64,000 bases of DNA from Nitrospirota bacterium (GCA_040758355.1 JBFLWF010000004.1:1-64000), one strand, 5' to 3'. Shown: positions 40,102-49,436, counted from the stretch's first letter. Notes: generated from the sequence alone by a model not told the origin. Made by a program: numbers and translations.

Positions 40102-42366
40102 ATGTCATCGTTTAGCAGCTTATTAAAGCATATCTTCGAAGATACAATTGAGACACTGAAAATTATCCCATGGATGCAGATATGGGCGCAGAAATGGGCC
40201 TCGATTGCCGTCTTCGCAATATTCCTGTTCGCATTGATAATGATGATGGTTTTCAAGGACAGGCTTGCTAAAAACAGGAAGGTGCTGAATATAGTCGCTT
40301 ACGGTATACTGCCATTTTCGTTTATATATGTTGGACTCGTACTAAAGGCGCAGCCCACAACAACCAACATCGTTATATTGATCAATGGAATAAAAGAAGG
40401 GTCTTTTCCTTTAGGCCTCTTTATCATGGAGCCGTATATATTCCTGTCATTTCTCTTTATTCTTTTAACCATCCTTTTATGGGGCAGGGGCGTTTTCTGC
40501 GGCTGGCTCTGTCCATATGGTGCAATGGTTGAACTTTTAAATAAACTTTATGATAGGTTTTTCCGCAGATTCAGGTTGAGCCTTCCAGAGAAGATTCACT
40601 GGAAGCTTATTTACCTTAAATATGTAATATTCGCAATCATATTAGGCGTATCTTTCTACAACTTCATGCTTTCCGAATACCTTGCCGAGGTCGAACCCTT
40701 CAAGAGCTTTGTATTGAAACTTCACAGGCAGTGGTATTTTGTCCTTTATTTTATCCTGATAACAGCAGGCTCGGTAATAATATACAGGGCGTACTGTCGC
40801 TACCTCTGTCCCCTCGGCGCTGCTTTGAGCTTACCCTCATTCATTAAGTTGATACCTCTGATAAAACTCAAAAGACATGACACGTGTAGAATATGTAAGA
40901 TATGCGGCAGGAGCGAATGCAATTATCAGGCCATTACACCGCATGGCAATATTAAAGTTACCGAATGCCTTAGCTGTCTTGAATGTCAGATAAACTTCTG
41001 GGATGAGGACAAATGCCCTGCATTGATAAAAAAGAAAAAGGAGGGTCGCTCTACAGTCTTCAGCCTTTTACCGTTTGCTTTTTTAATTATATCTGCAATG
41101 CTATTTGTCCCTTCGCTGACATATGCAAAGGCTATAATTGTAGGGACCGATTATCGCACAATCGGCGATGCCCTGAAAAAGGCTAAAAATGGAGATGTCA
41201 TAGAGGTCAAGGCAGGAGAATACAGGGAGAGGCTTAAGATAGATAAGGCCGTGCATCTTAAGGGTATAAACAACCCTGCAATCATTGAAAGCGGAGGGCT
41301 TATAATCACGATAGCGGGCAGGGGCGTTACTGTAGAAGGGTTTACAATCAGAGACGAAAATCCAACATCCCAGTTAGAGAGCGCCGGGATATATATTTCC
41401 AAAGGTTCCGATGGGGCTGTTATAAAAAACAACCGCCTTTACAGCGTTATGCACGGCGTCTGGAGCGTTAGCGCCAGAGGCATAAGGGTGGAAAACAATT
41501 ACATCGAGAGCAAAAAGGATCTCGATAGGAACTACAGGGGTAATGGAATATATCTCGTAGACAGTCAGGAAGCAACTATTATAGGGAACAGAATGGATCA
41601 CTGCCGGGATGGAATGTACATAGAGGTTTCTCACGACGGGAAAATAATGGGCAATGATGTAACAAACTCCCGTTATGCAGTACACACAATGTGGGTGGAC
41701 AGGGTTGTTTTCTCTAAAAACAGGGCATCAGGCAATCTGGTTGGGTTTGCTATTATGTATTCAAAGCAATCCGAGATTACAGATAATATTGCTGTGGGCA
41801 ACAGCACGCACGGCATCCTTCTGATTCAGACTGTAAGGAGCTACATAGCAAGAAATACAGTAATAGGCAATACCAAAGGGGTCTACTTTTACAACTCGAT
41901 ATTTAACAACTTAGTCTCCAATCTTATAATGAATAATAGTCTTGGCCTGCATAACTGGGGAGGTTCCGAAGACAATGCCGTGAATAAGAATTCCTTTATC
42001 GGCAACGAGGTTCAGGTAAAGTTTGTTGCAGGCAGAAACCAGCAGTGGGATAATAACTACTGGAGCGATTATCTGGGATGGGATATGAACGCCGACGGCA
42101 TCGGCGATATGCCATTCGAATCCAATACAGTGGTTGACCATATCTTATGGAGATACCCTGCTGCCAAGTTGTTGTATGCAAGTCCTTCTTTCCAGTTTCT
42201 CTGGATGCTCGAAAAGCAGTTTCCGGTTCTGAAGGTTCCGAGGGTGTTTGATGCAAAACCATCCATGCTTCCGTTGCACAAAGACTGGAAGGAGTTAAAG
42301 GCCAAATATCCATACGCCCCTGAAAAATACTACGGTGAGATGGAAAAAATCCCTGTTGCCCATTGA
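40102..42366 (+). CDS. nosD: Fusion of the NosR C-terminal membrane/FeS domain with NosD
   Basis: WGRGVFCGWLCPYG, EVEPFK, YCRYLCPLG, C..C....C, CLSCLEC, then NosD beta-helix (RGNGI, RDG.Y, RY.VH.M, NYWSDY.GWD...DGIGD). Confidence 0.88.
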   Translation: MSSFSSLLKHIFEDTIETLKIIPWMQIWAQKWASIAVFAIFLFALIMMMVFKDRLAKNRKVLNIVAYGILPFSFIYVGLVLKAQPTTTNIVILINGIKEGSFPLGLFIMEPYIFLSFLFILLTILLWGRGVFCGWLCPYGAMVELLNKLYDRFFRRFRLSLPEKIHWKLIYLKYVIFAIILGVSFYNFMLSEYLAEVEPFKSFVLKLHRQWYFVLYFILITAGSVIIYRAYCRYLCPLGAALSLPSFIKLIPLIKLKRHDTCRICKICGRSECNYQAITPHGNIKVTECLSCLECQINFWDEDKCPALIKKKKEGRSTVFSLLPFAFLIISAMLFVPSLTYAKAIIVGTDYRTIGDALKKAKNGDVIEVKAGEYRERLKIDKAVHLKGINNPAIIESGGLIITIAGRGVTVEGFTIRDENPTSQLESAGIYISKGSDGAVIKNNRLYSVMHGVWSVSARGIRVENNYIESKKDLDRNYRGNGIYLVDSQEATIIGNRMDHCRDGMYIEVSHDGKIMGNDVTNSRYAVHTMWVDRVVFSKNRASGNLVGFAIMYSKQSEITDNIAVGNSTHGILLIQTVRSYIARNTVIGNTKGVYFYNSIFNNLVSNLIMNNSLGLHNWGGSEDNAVNKNSFIGNEVQVKFVAGRNQQWDNNYWSDYLGWDMNADGIGDMPFESNTVVDHILWRYPAAKLLYASPSFQFLWMLEKQFPVLKVPRVFDAKPSMLPLHKDWKELKAKYPYAPEKYYGEMEKIPVAH

Positions 42367-42376
42367 GGTGAATTTA

Positions 42377-43273
42377 ATGCTTGAGTTAAGTGAAATATCG
42401 AAGAACTTCGGAGATGTAAAGGCAGTAGACTCTGTCTCGCTGAAGATGAAGGAAGGCGAGATGCTCGGTCTTGTGGGGCCCAATGGTTCCGGCAAGTCGA
42501 CACTGCTGAAGATAATGCTCGGAATTACAAGGCCGTCGTCAGGCAAGGTCCTTTTCAGCGGCAAAGAATTGGCAGAAAGGGATTGGAAGGAGATCAGAAA
42601 GAGAATAGGGTACATGCCAGAGAGGGTTAACTTTTATGACAACCTCACAGGAAAGGAGACCCTTGAGTTGTTTGCAAGAATCAAAGGAGGAAATCTTAAT
42701 AATATCTCTGAGCTATTAAAAAAGGTTGGCCTTGAGAATGCAGTTGACAGGAGGGTTGGAGGCTATTCCAAGGGGATGAGGCAGAGGCTGAACCTGGCAC
42801 AGGCATTGTCCAATGACCCTGACTTTTTAGTTCTCGATGAACCCACATCAGGGCTTGATCCTGTCGGGACAAAGGAATTCTACAGCATACTCGATGATGT
42901 AAGAACGAGGAAAAAGCTCACGGTCATCCTTTCATCCCATATACTGGCAGAGATTGAAGACAAGATAGACAGGGTCGCAGTGTTGAAGTCAGGATCTCTC
43001 AGGGCAGTGGGGAGTCTTGAAGAACTCTATTCCGGATTCAATCTCCCTTTAAAGATTTCAATAGCCCTTAAGGAAAGGAATGAATCTCTGGAAGATCTTT
43101 TGAAAAAGGAAGGGGCTATGGATATTGGATATAAAGAAGGCTATATTACAGCCAGCATTCAGAGGGAAGATAAACTGAGGCTGCTTTCGGCAGTAATGGA
43201 GAAAAAGGAAAGTTTTGTCGACCTTTCCATAAGAGAGCCGAACCTTGAGGAGGTATTCTTTGGTATTCACTAA
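42377..43273 (+). CDS. nosF: ABC ATPase NosF
   Basis: GPNGSGKST, YSKGMRQR, LDEPTSGLD. Confidence 0.9.
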   Translation: MLELSEISKNFGDVKAVDSVSLKMKEGEMLGLVGPNGSGKSTLLKIMLGITRPSSGKVLFSGKELAERDWKEIRKRIGYMPERVNFYDNLTGKETLELFARIKGGNLNNISELLKKVGLENAVDRRVGGYSKGMRQRLNLAQALSNDPDFLVLDEPTSGLDPVGTKEFYSILDDVRTRKKLTVILSSHILAEIEDKIDRVAVLKSGSLRAVGSLEELYSGFNLPLKISIALKERNESLEDLLKKEGAMDIGYKEGYITASIQREDKLRLLSAVMEKKESFVDLSIREPNLEEVFFGIH

Positions 43274-43277
43274 TGCT

Positions 43278-44090
43278 ATGAGGGCTATAGCCCATAAAGA
43301 ACTTTCCGATAAATTGAAGAGCAGGTGGGTCCTGGTGATTGCTGTGGGATTTGCTGCGCTCACCATTGTTATTTCATATTTTGGAGGGGCTACTGCAGGC
43401 GTTGCAGGGTTCAGGAGCATAGATGCAACCATTGCCAGTCTCACGAGCCTCGTAACCTACTTTATACCTATCTTAGCCCTCACCCTCGGCGGCGGAATAG
43501 TTGCGGATGAGCGTGATAAGGGCACGCTCGAGATATATCTATCGTCCCCTATATCCATCGGTGAATTCATCATGGGAAAATTCTTCGGCCTCGCCATTGC
43601 CCTCGCCATCTCCACACTTGTGGGTCTCGGCGTTTCCGGCGCAATATTGCTGATAAATCTGGGCTTCGGCGCAATAGGCAGTTACAGCATATTCATGCTC
43701 AACTCTGTAGTCCTCGGCCTTATTTTCCTGAGCGTCTCATTTTTAGTGTCCATTCTCTTCAATGAGAGGGCAAGGGTTATTGCCTTTACCGTATTCCTCT
43801 GGCTTTTCTTCGCAGTGCTTTATGACCTGGGTCTGGTGGGCCTTCTCATAATAACCAAAGGCACTGTCGGAAATGAAATATTTTCCACCCTCCTGACATT
43901 AAATCCAGTTGATGTGTATCGCATTCTGAACTTCTTATCCATCGGTGAACTCAAGGTGTTTTTAGGACTGGCATCTGTCGAGCTTCCGTCATACATGAAG
44001 ACGCCTGTCCTATGGGTCATATCGCTGCTGTGGGTGGTGCTGCCCCTTATTGCGAGCTATCGCCTCTTTAAAAGGAGATATCTGGCGTGA
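43278..44090 (+). CDS. nosY: ABC permease NosY
   Basis: IA.KE, E...GTLE..LS.P, GKF.G, YDL, LNP.D.YR. Confidence 0.9.
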   Translation: MRAIAHKELSDKLKSRWVLVIAVGFAALTIVISYFGGATAGVAGFRSIDATIASLTSLVTYFIPILALTLGGGIVADERDKGTLEIYLSSPISIGEFIMGKFFGLAIALAISTLVGLGVSGAILLINLGFGAIGSYSIFMLNSVVLGLIFLSVSFLVSILFNERARVIAFTVFLWLFFAVLYDLGLVGLLIITKGTVGNEIFSTLLTLNPVDVYRILNFLSIGELKVFLGLASVELPSYMKTPVLWVISLLWVVLPLIASYRLFKRRYLA

Positions 44091-44890
44091 AACAAAGAAT
44101 AAAAAACATGGAGGTTAGTATTGTGATTAAGTGTCTTGTAGGTGTTGTATCTGCCCTGCTGTTTTTTGCTGGTGCAGCAATGGGGCATGAGGTTGTGGAT
44201 GTTAAGAATGGTGCAACCATTAAAGGTGTGGTTAAGTTCAAGGGTACTATGCCGCCTGATGAGAGTATTGCCATTGACAGAAATGTGGAGGTCTGCGGAA
44301 AGGAGCAGAAGCTCAATAAATACACTATTACCAACTCGATGGTAAAGAATGTAGTCGTTTTTATAGATGAGCCGAAGAAGGGCAAGCCGATTCCTAAAAA
44401 TACAGCGGTTGCTCTCACCATAAATAAGTGCAGGGTAGAGCCGCTGGTAAGTGTTGGGTTTGTGGGCGGCAAGTTTTTACTCAGAAACGATGATGATATT
44501 CTTCACACTCTTCAGTTAAAGCTCTGGCTTGAGTATCAGAGAAGGGTTTCAGCAAGGCCATTAGAAAATGGCGCAACTATTTACAACATTGCCTTGCCGC
44601 TCAAGGGCAAAAAGATAGAGAAGCCCATAAAAGAATCTCATAGATACCAGCCGGATACAGGGGTCATCAGGGTGACGTCCAATTCCCATTCATGGATGAG
44701 GGGATATGTATTTGTATTTGACCATCCGTATGCAGCAGTGACCGATGAAAAAGGCTCCTTTGTAATAGACAACCTGCTGCCAGGCGAGTATGTCTTGAAG
44801 GTATGGCATGAAGGCTTTGGCTTTCAGGAAAAGAAGATAAAACTTTCACCCAATGAGACGGCAAATATCGAGATAGTGTATGAAAAATAG
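44087..44890 (+). CDS. Secreted carboxypeptidase-regulatory/cupredoxin-like protein, paralog A
   Basis: Signal peptide; N.D..LH, SNSHSWM, HPY.AVTD..G.F, PG.Y...WHE. Confidence 0.7.
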   Translation: MKQRIKNMEVSIVIKCLVGVVSALLFFAGAAMGHEVVDVKNGATIKGVVKFKGTMPPDESIAIDRNVEVCGKEQKLNKYTITNSMVKNVVVFIDEPKKGKPIPKNTAVALTINKCRVEPLVSVGFVGGKFLLRNDDDILHTLQLKLWLEYQRRVSARPLENGATIYNIALPLKGKKIEKPIKESHRYQPDTGVIRVTSNSHSWMRGYVFVFDHPYAAVTDEKGSFVIDNLLPGEYVLKVWHEGFGFQEKKIKLSPNETANIEIVYEK

Positions 44891-45788
44891 GTGGCTCATA
44901 GCCATATTTTTTGTATTTCTTATAGTACTGGCTGTTAATTACAGTGCAGTGGCCAGTGCATTGGAAAAAAGCGCCATGGATTTCAGCCTCAACAACTGGG
45001 ACGGCAGGACTGTATCCCTGAAAGACCTGAAGGGGAAGGTGGTGGTTCTCACCTTTTCATATGCCTACTGTTCTGCCAGATGCCCGATTATAACAGGCCG
45101 CCTTTATTACCTCGATAAAACGATGAATGCACCCGGAGACGTGGTATATCTCCATATGTCTGTTGATCCTGATAATGATACGCCAGAAAGGCGGAAGAAA
45201 TACTTTAACCTATACGGCATAGATGCAACAAAAGACGGCAGATGGATGTTTTTATCAGGCCAAAAAAACAAGATGTCAGAGATATGGGGATTTTATGGGG
45301 TAACGGCAAAGAAGGTTAAAGACAGGAGACTGCCTGAGAAATATTACATGCAGTATGACCCGAAGGTAGTGGTTATAGACAGCAACGGTCTTATCAGGTA
45401 TGAGGTCGGCTTTGATTTTTCGGAAGAAGAAATAAAGTCCCTGATCGAAAAAATATCCTCTAAACCTTCCATAAGGTTTTCTGAAACTAAATTCGATTTC
45501 GGCACGGTTAAAGAGGGGGATATTGTAAGTCATGACTTTGAATTCATTAATGAGGGCAATGGCGTTTTAAAGATAAAAGACCTTATTCCGGCCTGAAAGG
45601 CATGCACGAGCGCCTCTGCCAGTTCGGCAGAGATAGGACCGGGGGAAAAGGGAAAGATCACAGTGACTTTAAACACAAAGGGAAGGTCTGGCAGATGGAG
45701 CAGGACAGTAGAGGTCTGGACGAATGATCCTGAAAAGAAGATGGTAGTGCTTTCGGTCTCGGTTAATTCAATAAAGGAGCGGCAGTGA
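44880..45788 (+). CDS. SCO1/SenC-DUF1573 fusion selenoprotein (UGA 45594-45596 read as Sec; 302 aa)
   Basis: SCO CSARC; the DUF1573 domain continues in frame past the TGA (IPA-U-KACT...IGPGEKGKITV...WTNDP) to TGA 45786-45788, which overlaps the next GTG; SECIS hairpin present. Confidence 0.8.
45614..45632 (+). other. Bacterial SECIS element
   Basis: CTCTGCC-AGTTC-GGCAGAG: 7-bp stem, GU in apical loop, 24 nt between UGA and loop. Confidence 0.75.
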
Positions 45789-46792
45789 TAAATAGGAGGG
45801 AGTTTCTTGCAGGTTCATTGATGCTGGCCGGCTATGCAGCGATGGGGGGCAGTAATGTCTTTGCATTGCCTGTCAGTGATGCAAAGGTAAAGGCTGTAAG
45901 CATGAAAATAACATGCACGATGGAGGTGTTGAAACCGCCAAGGAATAAAAACATAAATATATGGACGCCCATTCCATCCGACAACAGCGAGCAGAAAATC
46001 TCTAACCTCTCTGTCAAATCGAGGATGCAATACAAAATGACAGAAGATATCTCTAATAGGAACAGGATGTTCTTTTTCAATACAGACAAACTGACAGCAG
46101 GCGAAGCCATAACCATGAAATATATGATGGTCAGGAAGACTGCGGATGTGGCCGAAGACAGAGACGAAAGGCCTGAAAAACATATCGAGCCGTCTGAATG
46201 GGAAAGATGGGATGACAATATCGCAAGATATGTCGATGAACTTGTGGGCAAAGAAAACGATCCTGTAAAGATAGGAAGAAAGATATACGATGCGCTTATA
46301 GACAGCCTCAAATATGTTCATGAGGCATGCGGGAGGGGAGTAAGCACATTGATGTTTGAAGAGAAGATCGGCAGGTGCGATGAGTTCCATGCCCTCTTCA
46401 GGAGCATGATGATGTATAAGAAGATTCCGGTTAAATGGGAACAGGGCATGGCCCTGCCATATCCATCTGTTATTAAAAAGAGTGGCGAGGTCGAAGCAGA
46501 CTGCATAAACGCCCATAGCTGGGTGAAATTCTATATAGGCGACAACAAATGGATGCCTGTGGATTTATCGGAGGCAAAGAGGAGACCTGACTTGAGGGAT
46601 TTCTATTTTGGCAAGCTTGCTGCCAACAGGGTCAAGATGTCCAATGGAAGGGGGATAACACTTAATCCGCCGCAGAAAAGCCCTATGAATACTTTTCCGT
46701 ATACTTATGCAGAGGCAGACGGCATACCGTTGATATACGGTCATAACTACAAAAACAGGATGAAATACGAAGTAATAAAGATCGAGGCATAA
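45785..46792 (+). CDS. Tat-exported transglutaminase-like protein
   Basis: NRREFL; G.CDEFH, HSW, W.PVD catalytic triad. Confidence 0.8.
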   Translation: MINRREFLAGSLMLAGYAAMGGSNVFALPVSDAKVKAVSMKITCTMEVLKPPRNKNINIWTPIPSDNSEQKISNLSVKSRMQYKMTEDISNRNRMFFFNTDKLTAGEAITMKYMMVRKTADVAEDRDERPEKHIEPSEWERWDDNIARYVDELVGKENDPVKIGRKIYDALIDSLKYVHEACGRGVSTLMFEEKIGRCDEFHALFRSMMMYKKIPVKWEQGMALPYPSVIKKSGEVEADCINAHSWVKFYIGDNKWMPVDLSEAKRRPDLRDFYFGKLAANRVKMSNGRGITLNPPQKSPMNTFPYTYAEADGIPLIYGHNYKNRMKYEVIKIEA

Positions 46793-46798
46793 ACGAAG

Positions 46799-47287
46799 AT
46801 GAAATGGTTAGTAGCACTAATTTTATCGATTTCTTTGATATTGCCGGCATATGCTACGGAAGGAGTGAAAGAAGGCACGCCGGCGCCGACATTTGTGCTC
46901 CTCGATGAGAATAACAAGAACGTTGATATTGGCACATTTATGGATAGGCCGACGATCATATATTTCACGCACAATGCCTGTTTTTACTGCACACAGTTGA
47001 TATTGTACCTGAAAAGGGCGCAGGCAAAATTTGGAGAGAAGAACCTTCGAATTATAGGCATAAATATTATGGCTAAAGACCAGAAGCTGATAAAGGCATA
47101 CAAGGAAGAACTCGGCTTTATCTTCCCAATGTTTGCCGGAAACAGGGAAGATGTCCTCAGGGCATACAGGATAAATTATGTTCCTGTCATAGTATTTGTG
47201 GACTCAAAAAAAATAGTAAGAAAGGTGGTGGGACATTACATACACGAGGATGAGCTTCACAGAAATATAAAAAATATAATGAAGTAA
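46799..47287 (+). CDS. Periplasmic TlpA/peroxiredoxin-like thioredoxin-fold protein
   Basis: Signal peptide; G..AP.F.L, CFYC, cis-Pro VP. Confidence 0.8.
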   Translation: MKWLVALILSISLILPAYATEGVKEGTPAPTFVLLDENNKNVDIGTFMDRPTIIYFTHNACFYCTQLILYLKRAQAKFGEKNLRIIGINIMAKDQKLIKAYKEELGFIFPMFAGNREDVLRAYRINYVPVIVFVDSKKIVRKVVGHYIHEDELHRNIKNIMK

Positions 47288-47333
47288 TGTGCAGGGCATT
47301 GTCCTGACGATTACTCAAACGAGGAGGAAGAAG

Positions 47334-48092
47334 ATGAAAAAGATGAAGAAGGTTTTTGCATTAGTTGTAGTTTTCTCTATGTTGCTTGCAGCAACCTCTT
47401 TTGCCTATGAGGTTGTGGATGTTAAGGGTGGAGGGAGCATTAAGGGTAAGATCAAGGCAACAGAAAAGATAAAAGACCCTGTAATCCCCATTAAGATCAA
47501 ACCAAAACCGGATCCAAAAGAGACCGAGCAGGAAAAGGCTACCTGCGGCGAAAGCCAGCAGGCAGGGATGTATATTATATCGGCTGCAAATGAGGTAAAG
47601 AATGTCTTTGTTATAGTAGAGGATGTGAAGAAGGGAAAGGCTGCGCCAAAGGCTGACCTCACAATCGACAACAATAAATGTTATTTTGTGCCGCTCGTAG
47701 GCATCACCTATAAAGGTTCTGATTTTATAGTGAAGAACAGCGACCCCCTTCTGCACAACACAAACCTTGGGCTAAAGCTCGATGACAAGAGAAGCACCGT
47801 GTATAATCTTGCCCTTCCGAGGAAGGATCAGGTCATAAAAAAGCCTGCAAGGAGAACAGGCCTTCACGAGGTGAAATGCGATGCCCATGAGTGGATGAGG
47901 GCATATGTATATGTTTCGGAGCATCCGTATGTAGCCATAACAGATGCAAGCGGCAGCTTCGAGATAAAGGACCTGCCTCCCGGAAAATACAAGGTAAGGA
48001 TATGGCATGAAGGATTCAAAGAGGTTACAAAGGATGTGGATGTATCCGCAGGCAAGGCTTCGGACCTGAGTGTGACTCTTACAAAGAAATAA
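47334..48092 (+). CDS. Secreted carboxypeptidase-regulatory/cupredoxin-like protein, paralog B
   Basis: gaggagg RBS; LLHN ... CDAHEWM type-1-Cu-like ligand set. Confidence 0.72.
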   Translation: MKKMKKVFALVVVFSMLLAATSFAYEVVDVKGGGSIKGKIKATEKIKDPVIPIKIKPKPDPKETEQEKATCGESQQAGMYIISAANEVKNVFVIVEDVKKGKAAPKADLTIDNNKCYFVPLVGITYKGSDFIVKNSDPLLHNTNLGLKLDDKRSTVYNLALPRKDQVIKKPARRTGLHEVKCDAHEWMRAYVYVSEHPYVAITDASGSFEIKDLPPGKYKVRIWHEGFKEVTKDVDVSAGKASDLSVTLTKK

Positions 48093-48107
48093 GATGATGC
48101 TATTGCA

Positions 48108-48146
48108 AATATCGCAGGGCTTGCTAATGGCAAGCCCTGCGATATT
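48108..48146 (+). terminator. 17-bp perfect intergenic hairpin
   Basis: AATATCGCAGGGCTTGC-taatg-GCAAGCCCTGCGATATT. Confidence 0.65.
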
Positions 48147-48165
48147 ATAATTTAATACAAAAATT

Positions 48166-48639
48166 ATGAGACAGCTTTTTTGGGTAATAGTAGTTCTGTG
48201 CCTTGCAGCATGTGCCAGGGATAAGGGAGAAAAACCCCTTCCTGTCGAGTTTACCAGAGACCATGCATGCAATGTATGCGGAATGATCATAGTGGATTTC
48301 CCAGGTGCAAAGGCGCAGATACATTATAAGAACAAGAAATACGATGCATTCTGCAGCACGCTGGATATGTTCCTGTTTTACCTTCAGCCTGACCGTCCGG
48401 GAAATATCGTTGCCGTCTATGTGAATGATATGGGGAAGTCCGATTGGGAACATCCAAAGGGCAACTGGATAGATGCTGAAAAGGCATTTTATGTTTACGG
48501 AGGGGATGTGATGGGGCCTATGGGCGAGGCACTGGTCCCATTTTCTGATATAAAGGATGCCGAGGCATACATAAAGAAACACGGAGGCAGGATAATCAGA
48601 TTCAATGACGTGACAATGGAGATCCTTAAGCCAAGGTGA
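48166..48639 (+). CDS. nosL: NosL copper chaperone lipoprotein
   Basis: Lipobox LAAC; CNVCGM, PG.KAQ, WIDA..A.YV, GPMG, HGG. Confidence 0.9.
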   Translation: MRQLFWVIVVLCLAACARDKGEKPLPVEFTRDHACNVCGMIIVDFPGAKAQIHYKNKKYDAFCSTLDMFLFYLQPDRPGNIVAVYVNDMGKSDWEHPKGNWIDAEKAFYVYGGDVMGPMGEALVPFSDIKDAEAYIKKHGGRIIRFNDVTMEILKPR

Positions 48640-48648
48640 AATTCTTAA

Positions 48649-48960
48649 ATGAAGGCCAATAAACTGATAATAACGATTGCCTTCCTTTTGGTATCATCCC
48701 TGCTTATTATTTTAAGCGAGTGGCATTTATGGAGAAATTATGAGTCTGTGAAGATGAAGGCGTTTCAAGGCTATGTGTGCGGGCTTGGGCTCGGTGCCGC
48801 TGTAAATCCTGCATGGGGTTTCATAAACTATGATGCGAGAATCGATTCTGTGGACGAGACACAATTATGGCCCATACCCGGAGGGTATAGCTATTCCCCT
48901 GACAGGGGGCTGTCTGTAAGTGATTTCAGAGAGCTTGCTTTTGAAGTAAGCCGCAAATAG
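48649..48960 (+). CDS. Small membrane-anchored hypothetical protein
   Basis: N-terminal TM; GLGLGA..P.W...YD.R; in operon. Confidence 0.55.
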   Translation: MKANKLIITIAFLLVSSLLIILSEWHLWRNYESVKMKAFQGYVCGLGLGAAVNPAWGFINYDARIDSVDETQLWPIPGGYSYSPDRGLSVSDFRELAFEVSRK

Positions 48961-48983
48961 AACCGATGAGGAGGTAGATAACG

Positions 48984-49424
48984 ATGAAGAAGACATTCCT
49001 ATCAACATTAATATTTTTATTCACAGTGACGGTATTGACGGGATTTGTCTTTGCCGAAGGTAAAAAGGCAAAGGCTGCTAAGAGCACCTCTGCAAGCAAT
49101 ATCCTTTATGTATGCAACTGCGGTCCTGAGTGTAAGTGTAATACCGTATCGACAAAGACCGGCAAATGTGCATGCGGCGCCGAGCTTGTCCCGATGCATA
49201 TCCTGAAGATCGAAAATGACGAGGCCATACTCTGCACATGCGGCAAGGACTGCACATGCAAGCTTGATCCTAACGACCCTTCAAAGTGCGGCTGTGGAAA
49301 GCAGGTAAGAAGGGTCAGCATAAAGGGCATGTATGCGTGCAGTTGCGGCGCTGGCTGCGAGTGCAATACTGTGTCTGACAAGCCAGGCAAGTGCAAGTGC
49401 GGCGCTGATTTGAAAAAGATATAG
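48984..49424 (+). CDS. Secreted Cys-rich (metallothionein-like) protein
   Basis: Signal peptide; 18 Cys as three CxC-x3-CxC-x9-CxCG repeats; gaggagg RBS. Confidence 0.75.
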   Translation: MKKTFLSTLIFLFTVTVLTGFVFAEGKKAKAAKSTSASNILYVCNCGPECKCNTVSTKTGKCACGAELVPMHILKIENDEAILCTCGKDCTCKLDPNDPSKCGCGKQVRRVSIKGMYACSCGAGCECNTVSDKPGKCKCGADLKKI

Positions 49425-49436
49425 ACGGAGGTCTTA

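Noticed and set aside
38897..42366. Selenocysteine readthrough at other TGA stops (nosZ, nosD fusion)
   Set aside because: The proteins are complete at those stops and no homologous continuation is evident.
44880..45596. 238-aa SCO protein ending at TGA as in the ORF track, or a pseudogene
   Set aside because: The domain continues intact in frame with a SECIS-like hairpin and a coupled stop/start overlap, so readthrough fits better.
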